Source of the DNA: Octopus sinensis
Lineage: Eukaryota
Assembly (NCBI RefSeq): GCF_006345805.1
Contig: NC_043012.1
Coordinates: 22,630,001-22,694,000, forward strand
Length of the DNA stretch: 64,000 nucleotides
Direction: 5' to 3'
The position numbers and the translations under genes are program-made. Positions 24,592 through 39,261 of the stretch are shown in pieces (position 1 is the first letter of the stretch; every line of letters begins with the position of its first letter). Below the pieces are notes generated by a model that was not told the origin of the DNA, did no database searches, and saw nothing but the letters and a program-made list of their open reading frames with translations.

Positions 24592-27500
24592 TATACATTA
24601 GTATATATCTATCTATCGATCTATCTTTTATCTATCTATATATAGCAGAGTGTTACCCATCACGTGACATATAAGTTTGGAAGTATACTTTTCCTACCAT
24701 GGGTAATATCAGGAAATATGAGACAACACTGAAGCAGACCTGATGTAGAGAGGGCATGCCACTGATAAGGTCATGGATAGAAACAAAAGGACTTCAACAA
24801 ACTTAGCTGATTGATTGACTGATTGATTAATCAAATAATCGATTAGTTAATTGGTTAAATGTTTACAAATTGATTAATATTAATAATAAAAGAAGTGAAA
24901 GAGAACCAGTGTATGTGTCTATAATTGGCATAACAGCCCTCCCAAGAGACAACAAAATATGTTTTAACACATGACTTCACAACAAAAATCTTGCAAATGA
25001 TATAAAAAAATGAATTGAATATTACTTTTCAAAATAATGATATTTATTAAATTGAAATAAACCAGTTCATAAGTTTGAAGATAGATTGGGACAAGGTGAA
25101 CTTAGGTCCTTTGTCTTGAATGATTAGAGATGCTGCTGTTTGGCTTTTGAATTATTTTCAATCACAAAATTACTCGTTAAAATAAATGAAACCAAATTTC
25201 TTATTTTGTAGTTACGATGAAAATCTGTTATCTATAACATTGATACTGTTTAACAATTAATTACAGATGGAATATTATCTTATACTACAAACAGAGGCAA
25301 AGAATATACCCGCAAATATTGCCAAACATATATTAGGTAACACTCCAGTTAGTGTATAAGATCACAGTCCTCTCTCTTGAAGACAGGAAATGAAAACACA
25401 CTGTCAATTATATTACAGGTACAACATAGATTTTCTGGACAATGATAGCCTGGGACCTCTTATCATTTCTATTAATATACACTAATGTACAGGTATCTGT
25501 ATTTCAATTAATTATTTAAGAAAATCTAATATTCATTTTATTTAGAGTGTGTTGATCAAGATGACCACCTCTGGAAAGGCTTTGGAACTAAAGGTTGTGG
25601 ATAATCAATGTTGTACTTCCATTTGATATCAGATTCCTGTTTTATCCAAATTCTGAAATTATAGCAATGGGGTTACTACATGAGATACAAGAAACAACAC
25701 TGCTGTAGTTTCCATAGCAACAGTCATAGTCCAGTATCTCTTTAAGCTGGAAAATTATTTGTAGCAGTTATATAAACTGGTAGGTTGACTTTTTCAAGAC
25801 AACTTTGTAGGACATAAAATTCCATGTGAACTGCAGCAGAATTTGAAAAATAGTGATGCTGTTTGAAAGCTTACACTAAATATCAAGATGACTTGTATGT
25901 TGGAAAGTATGGTATGTTATTTAGAAGATCAATTTTTTTTCTGTTTTATGTCAATCATGCCCCAAAATGCTTAAATTTAATTACTGCAAAAAAAAAAAAT
26001 GAAAAAGAAAATGTCTTCAGTACTAATTAGCAAATATGATAAATGATTCAAGGTGTTGATGTGGAATTACAGCAAGAAGGAGTTCCACGAATGGCTGCTG
26101 GCAGAATCGGTACAGTGCCCGACAAAATACTTAGTGACATCTCTTCTGACTCTTTATATTCTTCTGAGTTCAAATTCTGCTGAGGTTGACATTGTCTTTC
26201 ATCCTTTCAAAGTCAATAAAATAAAGTACCAGTACTTGACTGGGGTCAATGTAATCAACCTGCCCTTCTCCTCAAAATTTTTTGGCCCTGTGCCCAAACT
26301 AGAAAGAAAATTAAGGATTTAAAAAAATAGAGGAGGATAATTTTCCATTTGGAAATAATAGGAAGCGAGTCACATTTCAACATCAGTTCCTATGAAGACT
26401 CATGAGTCTAGCTATTGTCACCATCACTGTCATTATCATCACCATCACCACCACCATCAGCACCAGCACCAACATCATCATTGTTATCATAGTCATCATC
26501 ATCACCACCACCAATATCGTCGCTGTAGTCATTCAACACCAACTTTCCTATGCTTGCATGAGTCCGATGGGACTTGAAGAGGCATATTTGCTATGGCCAG
26601 ATACCCTTCCAATCATCAACCACCATCTGATTTCAAGCAAGGTAATATTTCACCATGGCCAGACATACCTTTCTTTAAGACTAAAAATGAACAACCTCAC
26701 TTATATAACAATGATGCTCATTTACAACCATCATGTGATACCGAGATAAAGGAACACACCAACACACACACTATGTGCATGCACATACACACATATACAA
26801 CAGGCTTCTTTTAATTTCTATTTATCAAATTCATTCACAAGGCATTGGTCAGTCTGGAGCTTATAGTAGAAGACAATATCCATTGCCTCAAACTCTTAAG
26901 AACTATAAACAGATTCATCTCTTAACATCTTGTTGATAATTTTCAAAGTCAGAAGCCCAAAAGAGTGGGTTAGGGGTCTCTCCTTAAATTTACAGAAACC
27001 CTTATTTTTTACAAAGTGAATATCTACAATATAAATATCCCACTTGTGATATTGTGCATTCCAGGACTTGCTGATCAATGCAGTTCCATGCCATGCAAGG
27101 TTGAACAGAAAGTTAAGAATTAATGTTCAAAAGCATAAAAGTGATAGAGAGAGGACATAGATCAGTGACTGTAAGGTATCAATAATTTATATTTTACCAA
27201 TCAAGTAGTTGGATATAACCATGGAAAATTCCTAAATAAAGAGATGGATTACTTAAAATTCTGATTTACAAATGAAGTCAACAGTGGTATTTGAATAACA
27301 GATTGATAATATTTTTACAGCTTCTGTTTTTGCTAATTTTATAAAATCAAATTGCAATGATTACTCAAATATGGAGAATCTTGCATCTCCCATTATAGAA
27401 ACATTTCTCATGGCTCCAGCAGAAAAACGGAAAAAGTGTTGCCCTGGTTGATAGTGAGGAAGATGGATTAAGTTCTGAATCAAAGTGAGTTAGTAAATGG

Positions 27501-28723
27501 ATGGACATAAAAGAAATTAGTTAACTACGCTTAAAACTGTATACACTATTTCAATATATGTAACAAGTCTGGACTGGGTGTTTTTCCCTTACACCATAGA
27601 AGTCCAACTGTGAATCTCATGACTCTGAACACACCAGTACGTTAACAGATTCCTGCAGCTGATGGAGAGGGTAAGTTCAAACCGAATCATCAGCTCTGAA
27701 AGATTACTTTATCCATTGTCGGTAATCAGGAGTTCAAGAGTTATAAAAAAAAAACAAAAACAATTTTATACTGGGTCAATGATTTAAAGGTTAGATGTCT
27801 GATGCAGGGTTGACCTTCCATCTTTGTAAGGGGCTCTCAATATGTTTATCCTAACTCATCACTGGAATTCATATGAAATACAAAAAGAATATTTAAAAAC
27901 AATATACATACATACATACATATATATATAAGTTTGTATCCACTTAACATTATAATGATAACTGTAAAAATAAAAACAAAATTGGGAAGATTATAGGGTG
28001 AATGATTTGACAAAGTGTGAGAGTAAGAGGGAAACACATTTCTTTCCTTGTTTTTTTTTTATGTTGATTTGGAAATATTGATTGAAATGAATGAAACAGA
28101 AGCAGAAATAAAACGACAAAAACAAAAACAAAAAAAAAGATAATCTCAAATTTGTTGAAATAAATATGGAGGGGGAGGAGTCTGTCTTAATGAAATCATT
28201 GTCATCCTAAATTAACACTTTTGATCTTCTTTATCTGGCATGGACGGCACATCAAACGGTTCCATAAGTTGAGGAAAAACCAGGCAGTTAGCTCTAAACT
28301 TTGGACATGGGGAATTACAAGAAAGAAAAAAAAACAACGACAACAACAAACAACGAAACAAACAAACAAACAAAATAAGGTGGGGAGGGGGAGGGGGTCC
28401 GTTTAAGGAGGAATACTAACTGAATCAACAAACTAGGATAAATGAGAAACAACAACAACAGCAACAATAAAAATTTAATAACAACAAAACAACAACAATT
28501 CTTAAAGATAATTGCCACTTATTTTATTTTTTTTACTTTTAGATTTTTATTAATTTTCTTTCCTTTCTCTGTTTTCCATTTTATTCATTTATTCCTCAAG
28601 ACGCAATCAGAACACAGCACTGTCCATTCACAACTGGCATGTCTTTCATCGCTTCCGGTTTGTATTTTGTATATTTTATCATCTGTTTCATAAGTTGCCT
28701 ACTTGTTTATCTATGTTGTTGTT

Positions 28724-28754
<31 letters not shown>

Positions 28755-29277
28755 GTATCATTATTATTATTATTGTTGTTGTTATTGCTGTTAATGTTGT
28801 GTTGTTATTGTTTGAATTATGCATTTTTTTTATTTTGCTTATGTATGAAAAAAACCCAGAAAAGCACAAATGAAATAATGATGGTAAAAACTGAACAGGG
28901 CAGAGAGTTTCAGTGCATCCAAGACTGGAAGAGGTGGACAGAAATGAAGAGTATTAAAATTATAGATGACTGGGCACAGGGGAGAGAAAGAAGGGGGGGA
29001 GAGAGAGACAGAGAGACAGAGACAAAATATGATGGATGATATATAGATAGATTAAATAGATAAGATTAGAGAGAAAGATATAAAGAGGTAGTTAGACAGA
29101 TGATAGATAGATATAGATAAGACAGGGAGACTAGCAATCAGATCAACAGGAAGTTAATATCAGACAAGAACGCAAAAAAAGGGAAAAAGAAAGAAAAAAC
29201 AAAATCAGCATAAAAAGGCAAATGTGTAACTTACAAAGAGAGATGAAAATACATTCAGAGAAAGACAAATTCCACCC

Positions 29278-29387
29278 ATATATATATATATACATATATA
29301 TAATATACATATATAATATATATATACATATATATATACATATATATATATATACATATATAATATATATACCATATATATATATAC

Positions 29388-29418
<31 letters not shown>

Positions 29419-29512
29419 CATATATATATACATATATATATAATATACATATATATATACATATATATATAACATATATATATATAATATATATATATAC
29501 ATATATATATAT

Positions 29513-29578
<66 letters not shown>

Positions 29579-29580
29579 TA
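29278..29580. repeat. (TA)n-based microsatellite
   Basis: Direct inspection. Similar tracts at ~18960-19130, 31280-31470, 48740-48870, 58455-58670 and 58925-59140. Confidence 0.9.
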
Positions 29581-30059
29581 TTGTTGTGAATGTTGTGTAA
29601 GCTTGATAGACAGACAGATTGATAGAGATAGAGATAGAGAGAGAGATAGAAGGAGATTGTATTTGAATATGTGTGTGTGTTTGTGTGAATTAAACCAGAA
29701 CTAGAATAATGAAAAGAATTTATTTGGTGTCTAAAGAATTCAATGTCTGGTTTGCTATTGTCATTGGAGCTTACCACTCCCAGCTTCTTGTGGGCTTCCA
29801 ATTTGGCAGCAGTCTCAAGAACATAATTCCCCCAACCTCAAATACCACCGACATCACCCCACCCCCACCCTTCCCATCCTACCCACCTACCCAGCTAGCC
29901 AGCCAGCCAGCCAGCCAGCCGGGCAGACACACAGGCTGACAGACAGACAGCTTCACACAGTCTTACTGCATGCAGTTTTTTCTGAACACAAAACCATTAT
30001 CAGTTTCAAATGAAAAGTACATCAGAGATGGTTTTACCCATAAATCTACATTTTTTACT

Positions 30060-30121
30060 TTAGAGGTGCTTTGTTATCTGCCGTTCATGTTCACGAAGAC
30101 CCAGCCAGTAATAGCACCCGC
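30060..30121 (-). CDS. Candidate terminal coding exon of an unidentified gene (GGCYYWLGLREHERQITKHL*)
   Basis: Strong minus-strand acceptor ttttcttttttttgctcttttcattcttgttag followed by non-repetitive, CpG-containing sequence. No homology recognised. Confidence 0.25.
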
Positions 30122-31418
30122 CTAACAAGAATGAAAAGAGCAAAAAAAGAAAAATATATTATTGTTGTTATTATTATTATTAATGGTGGTTGTAATAGTA
30201 GTAGTAGTAAGTAGTAGTATTTCATTTTTGTTTTTTTTTTTTTCATTTTTTTTTTTAATGAGCCACACCTTCCTGAATCTTTTTCCTTCTGTGCAGAAAA
30301 AAAAAATGTTTTATGCATTTCGGCAGTCCTTTGGAACTGACTGCATTTATTCATCACCCAATTTAAGTGTGTACAAAGTCGTTTGCTATTGGTCGTGGGA
30401 TGGCTTGCTCTATTGTTACAGTTTCCATAGTAATTCAGCTGTATTGTAAACAGAATATTATAAACACTACTTGTGCTGCTGATCTGATATTGAGAAGAAG
30501 AAGAAGAAGAAGAAAACAGAACTAAAAAATGAGAGAGAGAGAGAGAGAGAGAGTAAAGAAAGAGAGAGAGAGAGAGACAAGGGGAAAGGATGTTATCCAA
30601 TGAGCTAACGTAGATTAATAGGAAGGAAGACGACAAGAGGGAGATATTAATAATAATAATAACAACAACAATAATAATAATCATGGTGATGATGGTGATG
30701 GTGACAATGATGATGACGATGATGATAATAACTATGATGAAATAAAAATAAAACTGTGATATAAAATAAAACACATATTAAAAAAAAGTGAATATATAGT
30801 AATAAGTGGTATGGAGGAAGAAAAAAAAGATAGAAGAATGGGGATAAGGGAGATAATGCATAAATGAAGGGTAAAAAAAAAAATGAAAATGGGAAATTAA
30901 GGTGGAAAAAAAAACACAGAAAAGAGAAAAAGACACCTTGAAAAAAGTAGATAAAATTAAATAAAAAGAAAGAGAATTATAGGGATAGCATTAGTGATAA
31001 TATGTTATATCAACTTCAGATACAACCAAGCAACAAAGCTTTATTCATCATCAGCTGAAAATACCTCTTTTGTTCATGAAAATTACAAGACTACTGAGCA
31101 GAGGATGAAATTCAATGTGAAATTACACACACACACTCACAGACACACACACACACACACACACACATTTTGTATTTATGTAGGCATACCCGCCCTCCCC
31201 CCTAAAAAAACGTATATGAGAATAAAGACATAAATACTCGCGTATATGCTCACAAACACACTCAGATATATGTGTTGTGTATATACATATGTATATATGT
31301 AAATATATAAATATATATATATACATATATACATATATATAAACAAATATATATATATAAATATATATATCTTTATATATAATATACATACACGCATACC
31401 TACATATATATATATATA

Positions 31419-31467
<49 letters not shown>

Positions 31468-32589
31468 ATATATAGTACATACATATACAACACATAGATA
31501 CAATATGAAACAACAACAACAAAAAAAGGTAAAGTGTGATATTATTTGTGTCTATTATAGTTTAGAAGGAAAAATGACATGATATAATAAATGAAAACAA
31601 AAAAATGTAAAAAGAAAAAGAAGACCACCTCTCCCAAGTAAAAAAAAAAAAGTAAGGAAAAAGCTGTTTGGATAAATGAATAAATAATTTGTAACCCTCT
31701 ACAATTGTAAAAGAGTTTTGTTCCATCAACGGACCATAAGTTATGTCCTCCCACCACAAACAGAAAGCAAAACCTCCCAGAATATGTGATAGAAAAAATA
31801 AAATAAGTACACATACACACAATGAAAAACAACAGCAACAATAACAACAACAAACAATAACTCATTTGTGGCAGCCATTGAAAACCGTTGAATGCAGTTG
31901 ATGGTTGATTGGTCTCCTGTTAGTTGAAGACTAAATCTGATCTTTTTGTGACATTTATCAGAACCTGTCACCCTCTAAATACGGTTACTAATAGCATCTG
32001 TTTAGAATAGAAGTTAACAAACTAGCTATTTAACCTATGCACTGCACCCAACGGAACACATTACTTGCAGAAGGAATTGGTTTACACACACACACACATA
32101 TATATATATATAGAGAGAGTTATGGGTTTTTTGAAATTCTTTAATCTAGTAATGAAATAAGTTAAATGATTTTTAGAATAGTTTTGTATGCTTGTATTTT
32201 AAGATAAGGATTTAATTACAAAAAAATTAAAGACATTCAATGCTAGGTGTTTAATGAAATTTCATACTGTCGTGTGTGTGTGTGTGTGCAAATGCATGTG
32301 TTTGTGTATGCATGTTTACGTGTTTGAGTTTGTGCCCCATTCCTTCCCAGCTTCATATCTGGTGCTAGTTTGCTTGTGTCTCCATAACTTAGCAAAGGAG
32401 ATTGAATACGTGCCAGTCTTGGAAAAAAAAAAAAAAGGACAGAGGGTGATTTGTTTTTCCAGGTGGTACTCCAGCATGGTCTCTGTCAAGATGATTGAAA
32501 CAAGCAAAAGATAAAAAATAAAAGAACAAAAGAAAAACTAAATTCCAAGATGGCTAAATGTGTATTTATGTTCAGAGCATTAGAACCTC

Positions 32590-33430
32590 TCAAAGCTGTA
32601 TTTATTCAAAGAATTTCGGCCAAATTTGATGAATATTTTTCTTTACATTTCCTTTTTCTCAGGAACAGCTGGATGTATTGGTGAACTGTCAGCAGTATTG
32701 GAGAGCTTAAAGATTAAAGCTGTAGCAGAGAAAAAGTTAGCTGACATGGAGACCAGAAGACACCTGAATATTAGAAAAGAATTACCTGTGTCATGTTGAT
32801 TAGTGCCAGGTATCAAAAATGCCAACATCATGACTGCTGTTCAATCTCAATGGTCTGTGAACACTGTAAAGGCCACAAGACATGACATGCACAGCTGCAA
32901 TGGAGACTACGCAGCTGTGGTCAGCGGGAAGGGATGCAGCATGATAGGATTCAATAAAAAAGCTTATGACCAGGGCCTTAGGCTCAATTCAAACACTTAT
33001 GTGAAGCTGTTGGAGTCGGTGGTCAGAACCTGGTTGGAGAGGATCGCTGCTGTTGAAAAGCTATATGTGTGGCAGCAGGATTCAGCACCTTGACAAAGAA
33101 TCAGAAGAGGTTGTTGGGAGAATTTCTATGACTGCACCATCCCCAATTTCTGGCCTCCGAATAATCCCCACTGATTGTAATCCTATGGATTACTATGGAT
33201 TATTGATTGTAATCCATGGATTGAGAAAGATACGAACCACTCACCAGCAACACCAAGACCAAGCTGGTGGCCAATACCAAGAAAATGTTTGAAGATTTTC
33301 TTATGGACAAAGTGAGCAAAGCATGAACCAGGTTCCAGAGCTGTCTTTGAAACTCTAGTGGGAGCTGAGGATTGCTAGTTTCAATAGACTGTTATCTTGC
33401 AGACATAATCTAGTTGATATTTTATGGTTT
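32590..33430 (+). pseudogene. Internally deleted maT/DD37D-like transposon
   Basis: GLRLNSNTYVKLLESVVRTWLERIAA...YVWQQDSAP, and NFWPPNN/DCNPMDYY (WPPxSPDxNPxD motif, frameshifted). Confidence 0.8.
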
Positions 33431-34511
33431 AAAAAAAAAAACTTTTTATTTTTGGTTGGAATATTGTGTTTCCTTCTCTCTTTATGCAAACTGTCAAATT
33501 TAGCAGAAACACCCTGCACTTTTGGTATATCTTTCAACAGAGAGACATTTTTCATGTATTAAATACACTGAAAATGAAAAGGGGCTGTTCTCTAGATAAG
33601 ATAACCACGACTAGAGTAAACTGTCTTACTGTCCAACTTAATATTGCATTATTCCTGGGAAAGATTTGGATTCATTCAGTTATCAATGAATCACGCAACA
33701 AATTTCAAGCTACACAGAAATGTAACATAAATGATGATGATGATCGTCGTCGTCATCATCATCATCATTTAATCTCTATGTTCCATGCTGGTATGGCTTG
33801 AGAGGATTTGTTGGGCACAAGGACTACACCATGTTCCATTGTCTGCTTTGGGATGGTTTCTGCAGCTAGATGCCCTTCCAAATGTCAAACACAGGTTGCT
33901 TTTTTTTTTTCAGTACTAGTAATGTCACCATGTAGCTTGTAAAGTTACAACCCTTGAGGTAGTGGTGGTGGTGGGGACTTTATGTTATGAGATGAGGAGT
34001 AGAGAGGGGTAAAGTATGAGAGAAAAGAGTTGGAACAGATCAGGGTTCTTGTAGCAGAGTAACCACATGACTACTCACATTTTTGAAGAAAAAGTGAAAG
34101 GATCTGGTGCAGCTGTGACGAACCAAAACAGAGTATGAGACATTTTGGCACAGCTGTTTCGGTGTCACTTCTTTGGTGCTGCTGATTCAATGCTGACTTA
34201 TTTGACCTCAGATATTTTAATGTTTCTCTTGTTCTTTCTCTCTCTCCCCACTCTGTCTGTGTGCAAACATCCAGATATGTGCAAACATCTAGATATGCTT
34301 GTACATATGAGTAATGTCCGTCTCTTTCCACCTCTCTTACCCTGTATTTCTATGTGTATATTTTTGTGCACGTGCCTCTGTGTGCATTTGCCTTCACTGC
34401 CAAAACAGTGCGGTCATCAGAACAAGATGTCCAGTCAGTCATGCCAAATTGTCCAAGTTGTCTCCTTTCTGACCAAAACATGTCAAATAGGAAACATCCT
34501 TGTGTATAGAT

Positions 34512-34756
34512 CAGTATTTCCCAACTATTCCCCTCTATAGACCCCATTTTACTTCGACACGCCTTCATAACCATATGACCTTTAAAAAAAGGCTATTGTA
34601 TTTTAATGATTAAATATTATTTGGAATTGTATAAAAAAATTGTTCAAATATTTTGTGTATTGTAGAAAAATAACCGATTAACTGCAAACTAAATTTTAAC
34701 AACAAATCTTCCATGGATCCTTCAAGGGTCATATGGAGTCCAGTTGAGACCCAATG
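34512..34756. mobile_element. Decayed hAT-type MITE
   Basis: Imperfect TIRs cagtatttcccaac / gttgagacccaatg resemble cagtggttcccaa termini. The TSD is unclear. Confidence 0.45.
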
Positions 34757-34981
34757 ATGTTGATGGTTATCAACCAGATAAACCCTTCAGAAGGTGGATA
34801 TTAACTTCAATGTGCACAGCCTGGAGCTAGTCACATCACATGATTACATAACACCTGTAAATTCCACCCAATTTCCCTCTTTCCAACATAAACATAAAAT
34901 AGCGCCAGCCATTCTTATCCTCCATCAATTTTTCGGTAAGTCTTAATCTGTTTTTCTCAGATTGGTCAAGTGATATAAATA

Positions 34982-35022
34982 CCTCTGATGAGACCCCAAT
35001 AAAGGTTGAGAATCGATTAAGG
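34982..35022 (+). ncRNA. Degenerate minimal type I hammerhead ribozyme (probable PLE pLTR relic)
   Basis: cct CTGATGA gacc-ccaataaa-ggtt GAgA a-tcga-t TA agg: stems I and II, palindromic stem III AATCGATT, and one core change GAAA>GAGA. Confidence 0.5.
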
Positions 35023-36086
35023 CCATTCGAAATTTTTCCAATTTACAGAGAAATAGGTAAACCAGCCATGTCTGTATGTCTACTACAACAACTTATATTG
35101 TATCTATTACTGCATTTCCTTTATCAAACTCGAAAGAATAAAATGCTATCAGTTGTTAAATAAAGACATACAAAAAGAATAGTCTCTCTCTCTCTCTAAC
35201 CTTTTTATTTTATTATTTGCTACTAGAAGCAGCAACTGAGTAAACAATTGGCAATAAAATATCAACCAGCCACCAGTAATGCTCACCAACAAGAGCACAC
35301 TGCAAGGAAAGATTCTGATTGGTTAACCTAGATTAAAAAAGACAGCATTTGAAATGATTTCATTCTGTGTTCAGCCATCTTTACACCAATGTATTATAGA
35401 AAACCTTTTTTTTTTTTATTTTTAATAATTACACTGAATTGCTAGTTCCTGTGTATGAACAGTTCTCTAAACAGAATTCACAAGCTGTTTTGATTAACAA
35501 AAACCAGTCTTGACATCTTAGAATGAAATATTTCAATCAAATCTAATCTAACAGGAACAAAACATAAAGCACCCTATTCATTAGCAATAACTAGACTTTC
35601 AACAACACAGTATACTGCTTTCAAACTCTACTGTCAATTGCCTACAAGACTGTGTATATAAAGCTGCAGTTGAGCGTTGATGGCGGCAGAGTATTGAAGG
35701 AGAAGAAATATATGTGAAAAAGGCAGCTTAACTTGTCTATCCAGTGTGTCAGCATTTCCAGATGGTGTGCTCTCACCACGGATTATCTGTTAGTGAGACA
35801 ACAGCTTAGTTGGAGAATAACTAGCTGATTTGGTGGCAAGATTTAAGGCGAAAGAAGCATAGCTAATACACACACTATTGTCTATTTAAACATGACCGGT
35901 GAAATCAGTTTGTTGTAGTCTTGGTAAAGCCGGTCACTTTGACTGCTGATATATACTCAAAGAAGTAAATATGGTTTTGAACCAGATAAATGAGTTATCT
36001 ATAAGCAACTACAATATTATATGCACATGTGTGTCTGTGAATGTCATATATATATATATATATATAAATAACATATATATTTAAAA

Positions 36087-36153
<67 letters not shown>

Positions 36154-36544
36154 ACATGAGGATAAAGGTTAATCTGAAACACTGAAGGAATAGCAAGCAT
36201 CTCTGTAAGTGCATTCATAGAAGTGGATAAATGGGAATAGAAATGCATGCATGTGTGTGCATATGTGTGTGTTGTGTGTGTGTGTGTTGTGTGTGTGCAT
36301 GTACATGTGTGAGTGTGTGTATTTGTGTTTGGCATATTGTATAACATTTTAATACTTAGTTTTGTGAATACATACGGACATTCTTTGAAATAGCTCATAC
36401 CTGGTAGGTGCACCAACTAGGAATCTTACTGTGTATGTGTATCTGCAGGCTTGTGTGCTTATGTTTTGTGTGTGTGTGTGTGTGTGTGTGTGTTGTAAAG
36501 CAAGAGGAAAGTTTGTTCAGAAATAATTCAATTATGTCATATCT

Positions 36545-36680
36545 TCACAAAGATGTGCCGATTACTTAAAGTGGATGGAAGCTGTGGAAGACATGGGTAT
36601 TGAAGGCTGATCTCAAGACACTGAGCCTTATGAAGGAGATGACAAAGGACTGAGATATGTGGTGCATTGCCCACCACAAC
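36545..36680 (+). pseudogene. RTE-clade LINE ORF C-terminal fragment
   Basis: KMCRLLKVDGSCGR/TWVLKADLKTLSLMKEMTKD*DMW resembles RTE ends (GRGRPRKTW...DRxxW). Confidence 0.65.
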
Positions 36681-37021
36681 AGAATTGAGGTCCCAAAACC
36701 ATGGTGCCACATTAAAAGTGATGGTGCCATATACAAAGCACTGGCAACGGTGCTCCATGAAAATTACTGTTTCTGGTGCCATGTGAAAAGAAACTGGTGC
36801 TGGTGCCAAGTAAAAAGACCTAGTCGTGGTCATTGAGCAGTAGCCATGCTGGAGCACCACCTTGAGGGGGTTCAGTTGGTCATGGCCATCCTAGAACTTG
36901 ATTTTTAAGCTTGATAGTTATTCTATTGGTCACTTTTGCAGAACCACTAAGTTGCAAGGATGTCAACAAACCAATACTGGTTGTCAAGTGATGGTTGGGG
37001 CCAAAGATAAAGGCATATATA

Positions 37022-37102
37022 AATACATATAGATAGATAGATAGATAGACAGACGGACAGACGGACGGACAGACAGACAGGCAGGCAGACAGATAGGTAG
37101 GT

Positions 37103-37143
<41 letters not shown>

Positions 37144-37320
37144 CAGATAGATAGAAGGATGGATAGACAGACAGACTGATAGATAGGTAGGTATAGATAG
37201 ATAGATAGATAGACAGACACAGACAGACAGGTAGATAGATAGATAGACAGATAGATAGATAGACAGATAGATAAAAAGATGGATTGACAGACAGACAGAC
37301 AGACAGATAGACAGACAGCC

Positions 37321-37361
<41 letters not shown>
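37022..37361. repeat. (GATA)/(GACA)n tetranucleotide satellite inside a family B SINE
   Basis: Direct inspection; source of the LSIY ORFs. Confidence 0.9.
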
Positions 37362-38737
37362 CAATAGGCTTTCACACAGTTTTCATGTACCAAATTCACT
37401 CACAAAGGCACTGCTTGACCTGGGGCTACAAAAGAAGACATTTGCTCAAGGTGCTATGCATGCAGTGAGCCTGAACCTCAAACCACATGGTTACAATAAG
37501 AGTTTGTACTTTTCAATTAGAAATACAATCTATCTATGTGCTTCAACATAGTTTCCATCTGTCCAACTTTGCTTATATGCGTTACACATACATATTCACA
37601 CATGTGAATAACAAATAAATTTAAGGCCAATTAATAAAAAAAAAACAAGTGGAAAAAGAAAATAATGATATTGGTGATATTAATCATCATGATGATGATG
37701 AGGGGGAGAAGGAGGAGGAGGGGGAGGAGGAAGATGATGAGCAGTAATACACTTGCACGCAACTTAAAAGCAAAGGAAACTACAGCCTGGTTCAGGTCAT
37801 GATGGCTCGAACAAATTTAAGAATAACCAAACACATACACACACACACACCACACACACACACACACACATACACACACAAAATATAACAGAAATGAGCC
37901 AGAGAGTTATGGCATACATGATAGTAGTTGGAAATATTGGATCAATATCTTCAGAAGATAAATTCCACAGTGACCATATAACCCATAGGGGTCACTGTAT
38001 ACTAGGATATGAAGTTCTGTGTTTCTATGTACAATGGAAAGAATCTGCTTCAGCATCATTATAATTATAAGCACAAACAGTTATAAGAAGCAAAGCTTAC
38101 TTTGCTGAATGTAGCACAATTGAAATGAAGAAAAGGTAGGCACAGGCGTAGCTGTGTGGTAAGAAACCTACTTCCCAACCACATGGTTCCAGGTTCAGTC
38201 TTCTACTATAGCCTTGGACCTGACAAGAGCCTTGTGAGTGGATTTGGTTGGTGGAAACTGAAAGAAGCCCGTTGTTAGGAGGCACAAGCACTTACACATA
38301 CGATGGTAACTTCCGCCTACCAAATTCAATCACAAGGCTTCGGTCGACCCAAGGCTAAAGCAGAAAGCACTTGTTGAGGGTGCCACACAGTGGGACAGAA
38401 CCCAAAACCATGTGGCTGGGAAGCAAGATTGTTGTATATATATATATATATATATATATCGTCTGGCACCTGTGTCGGTGGCACATAAAAACACCATCCG
38501 AGCGTGGCCGTTCGCCAGCCTTGTCTGGCACCTGTGTCGGTGGCACATAAAATCACCCACTACACTCTCGGAGTGGTTGGCGTTAGGAAGGGCATCCAGC
38601 TGTAGAAACACTGCCAGATCTGACTGGCCTGGTGCAGCCTTCGGGCTCCCCAGACCCCAGTTGAACCGTCCAACCCATGCTAGCATGGAAAGTGGACGTT
38701 AAACGATGATGATGATGATGATGATGATATATATATA

Positions 38738-39261
38738 TCTTCTACATATATGGGAAATTCTGTCTGTAGATGTGTTTGTGGAGTTGTTAGCTAACTCCTC
38801 CTACATCGTTTTATCGATTTTGATGAAACTTGGCACACGGGTAGATCTTATGTCTGGAAACCTCAAGGCATACTCAGATTGTTGAAAAAAAATCAATAAT
38901 AGGGTCCCTGGAAGGGATCTTTATATTTATCTAATGCATTTTATTTTAAAAATCAAGGGAAATAACCCATTCATTTTCTTAAATTATTTGGTCGGGGCTA
39001 CTTTGTTTGAATTCTTACTATCGGGTAACTAATTTCATGTTATTACATAACTGACTTTACAATTTGGGTATTCATAACTTATTGGGAATTTCTAAAAACA
39101 AGATTATGTGTAAGACAGTTCGGCATCTTCAGTAAATGCACAAAAACTGTTTTAAGGGCTACATACTTTGTATTGTTGTTATTGGAATAGTGAAACAATT
39201 ATGAGAATGGAACCAAGGGATAAGCCCCACTTTCCTGGGGATTACTGGGTACGTCAGCTAG
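38738..39261 (+). mobile_element. Non-autonomous Helitron
   Basis: 5' a|TC, 3' CTAG|t, subterminal hairpin cccca-ctttcc-tgggg (39225-39240), no TSD. The internal ccgatt/tcgattttgatgaaacttggcaca block is common in such elements. Confidence 0.7.

Noticed and set aside
27064-27125. EGF-like start GLADQCSSMPC after an AG acceptor
   Set aside because: The frame stops after KVEQKVKN with no further cysteines; probably chance.
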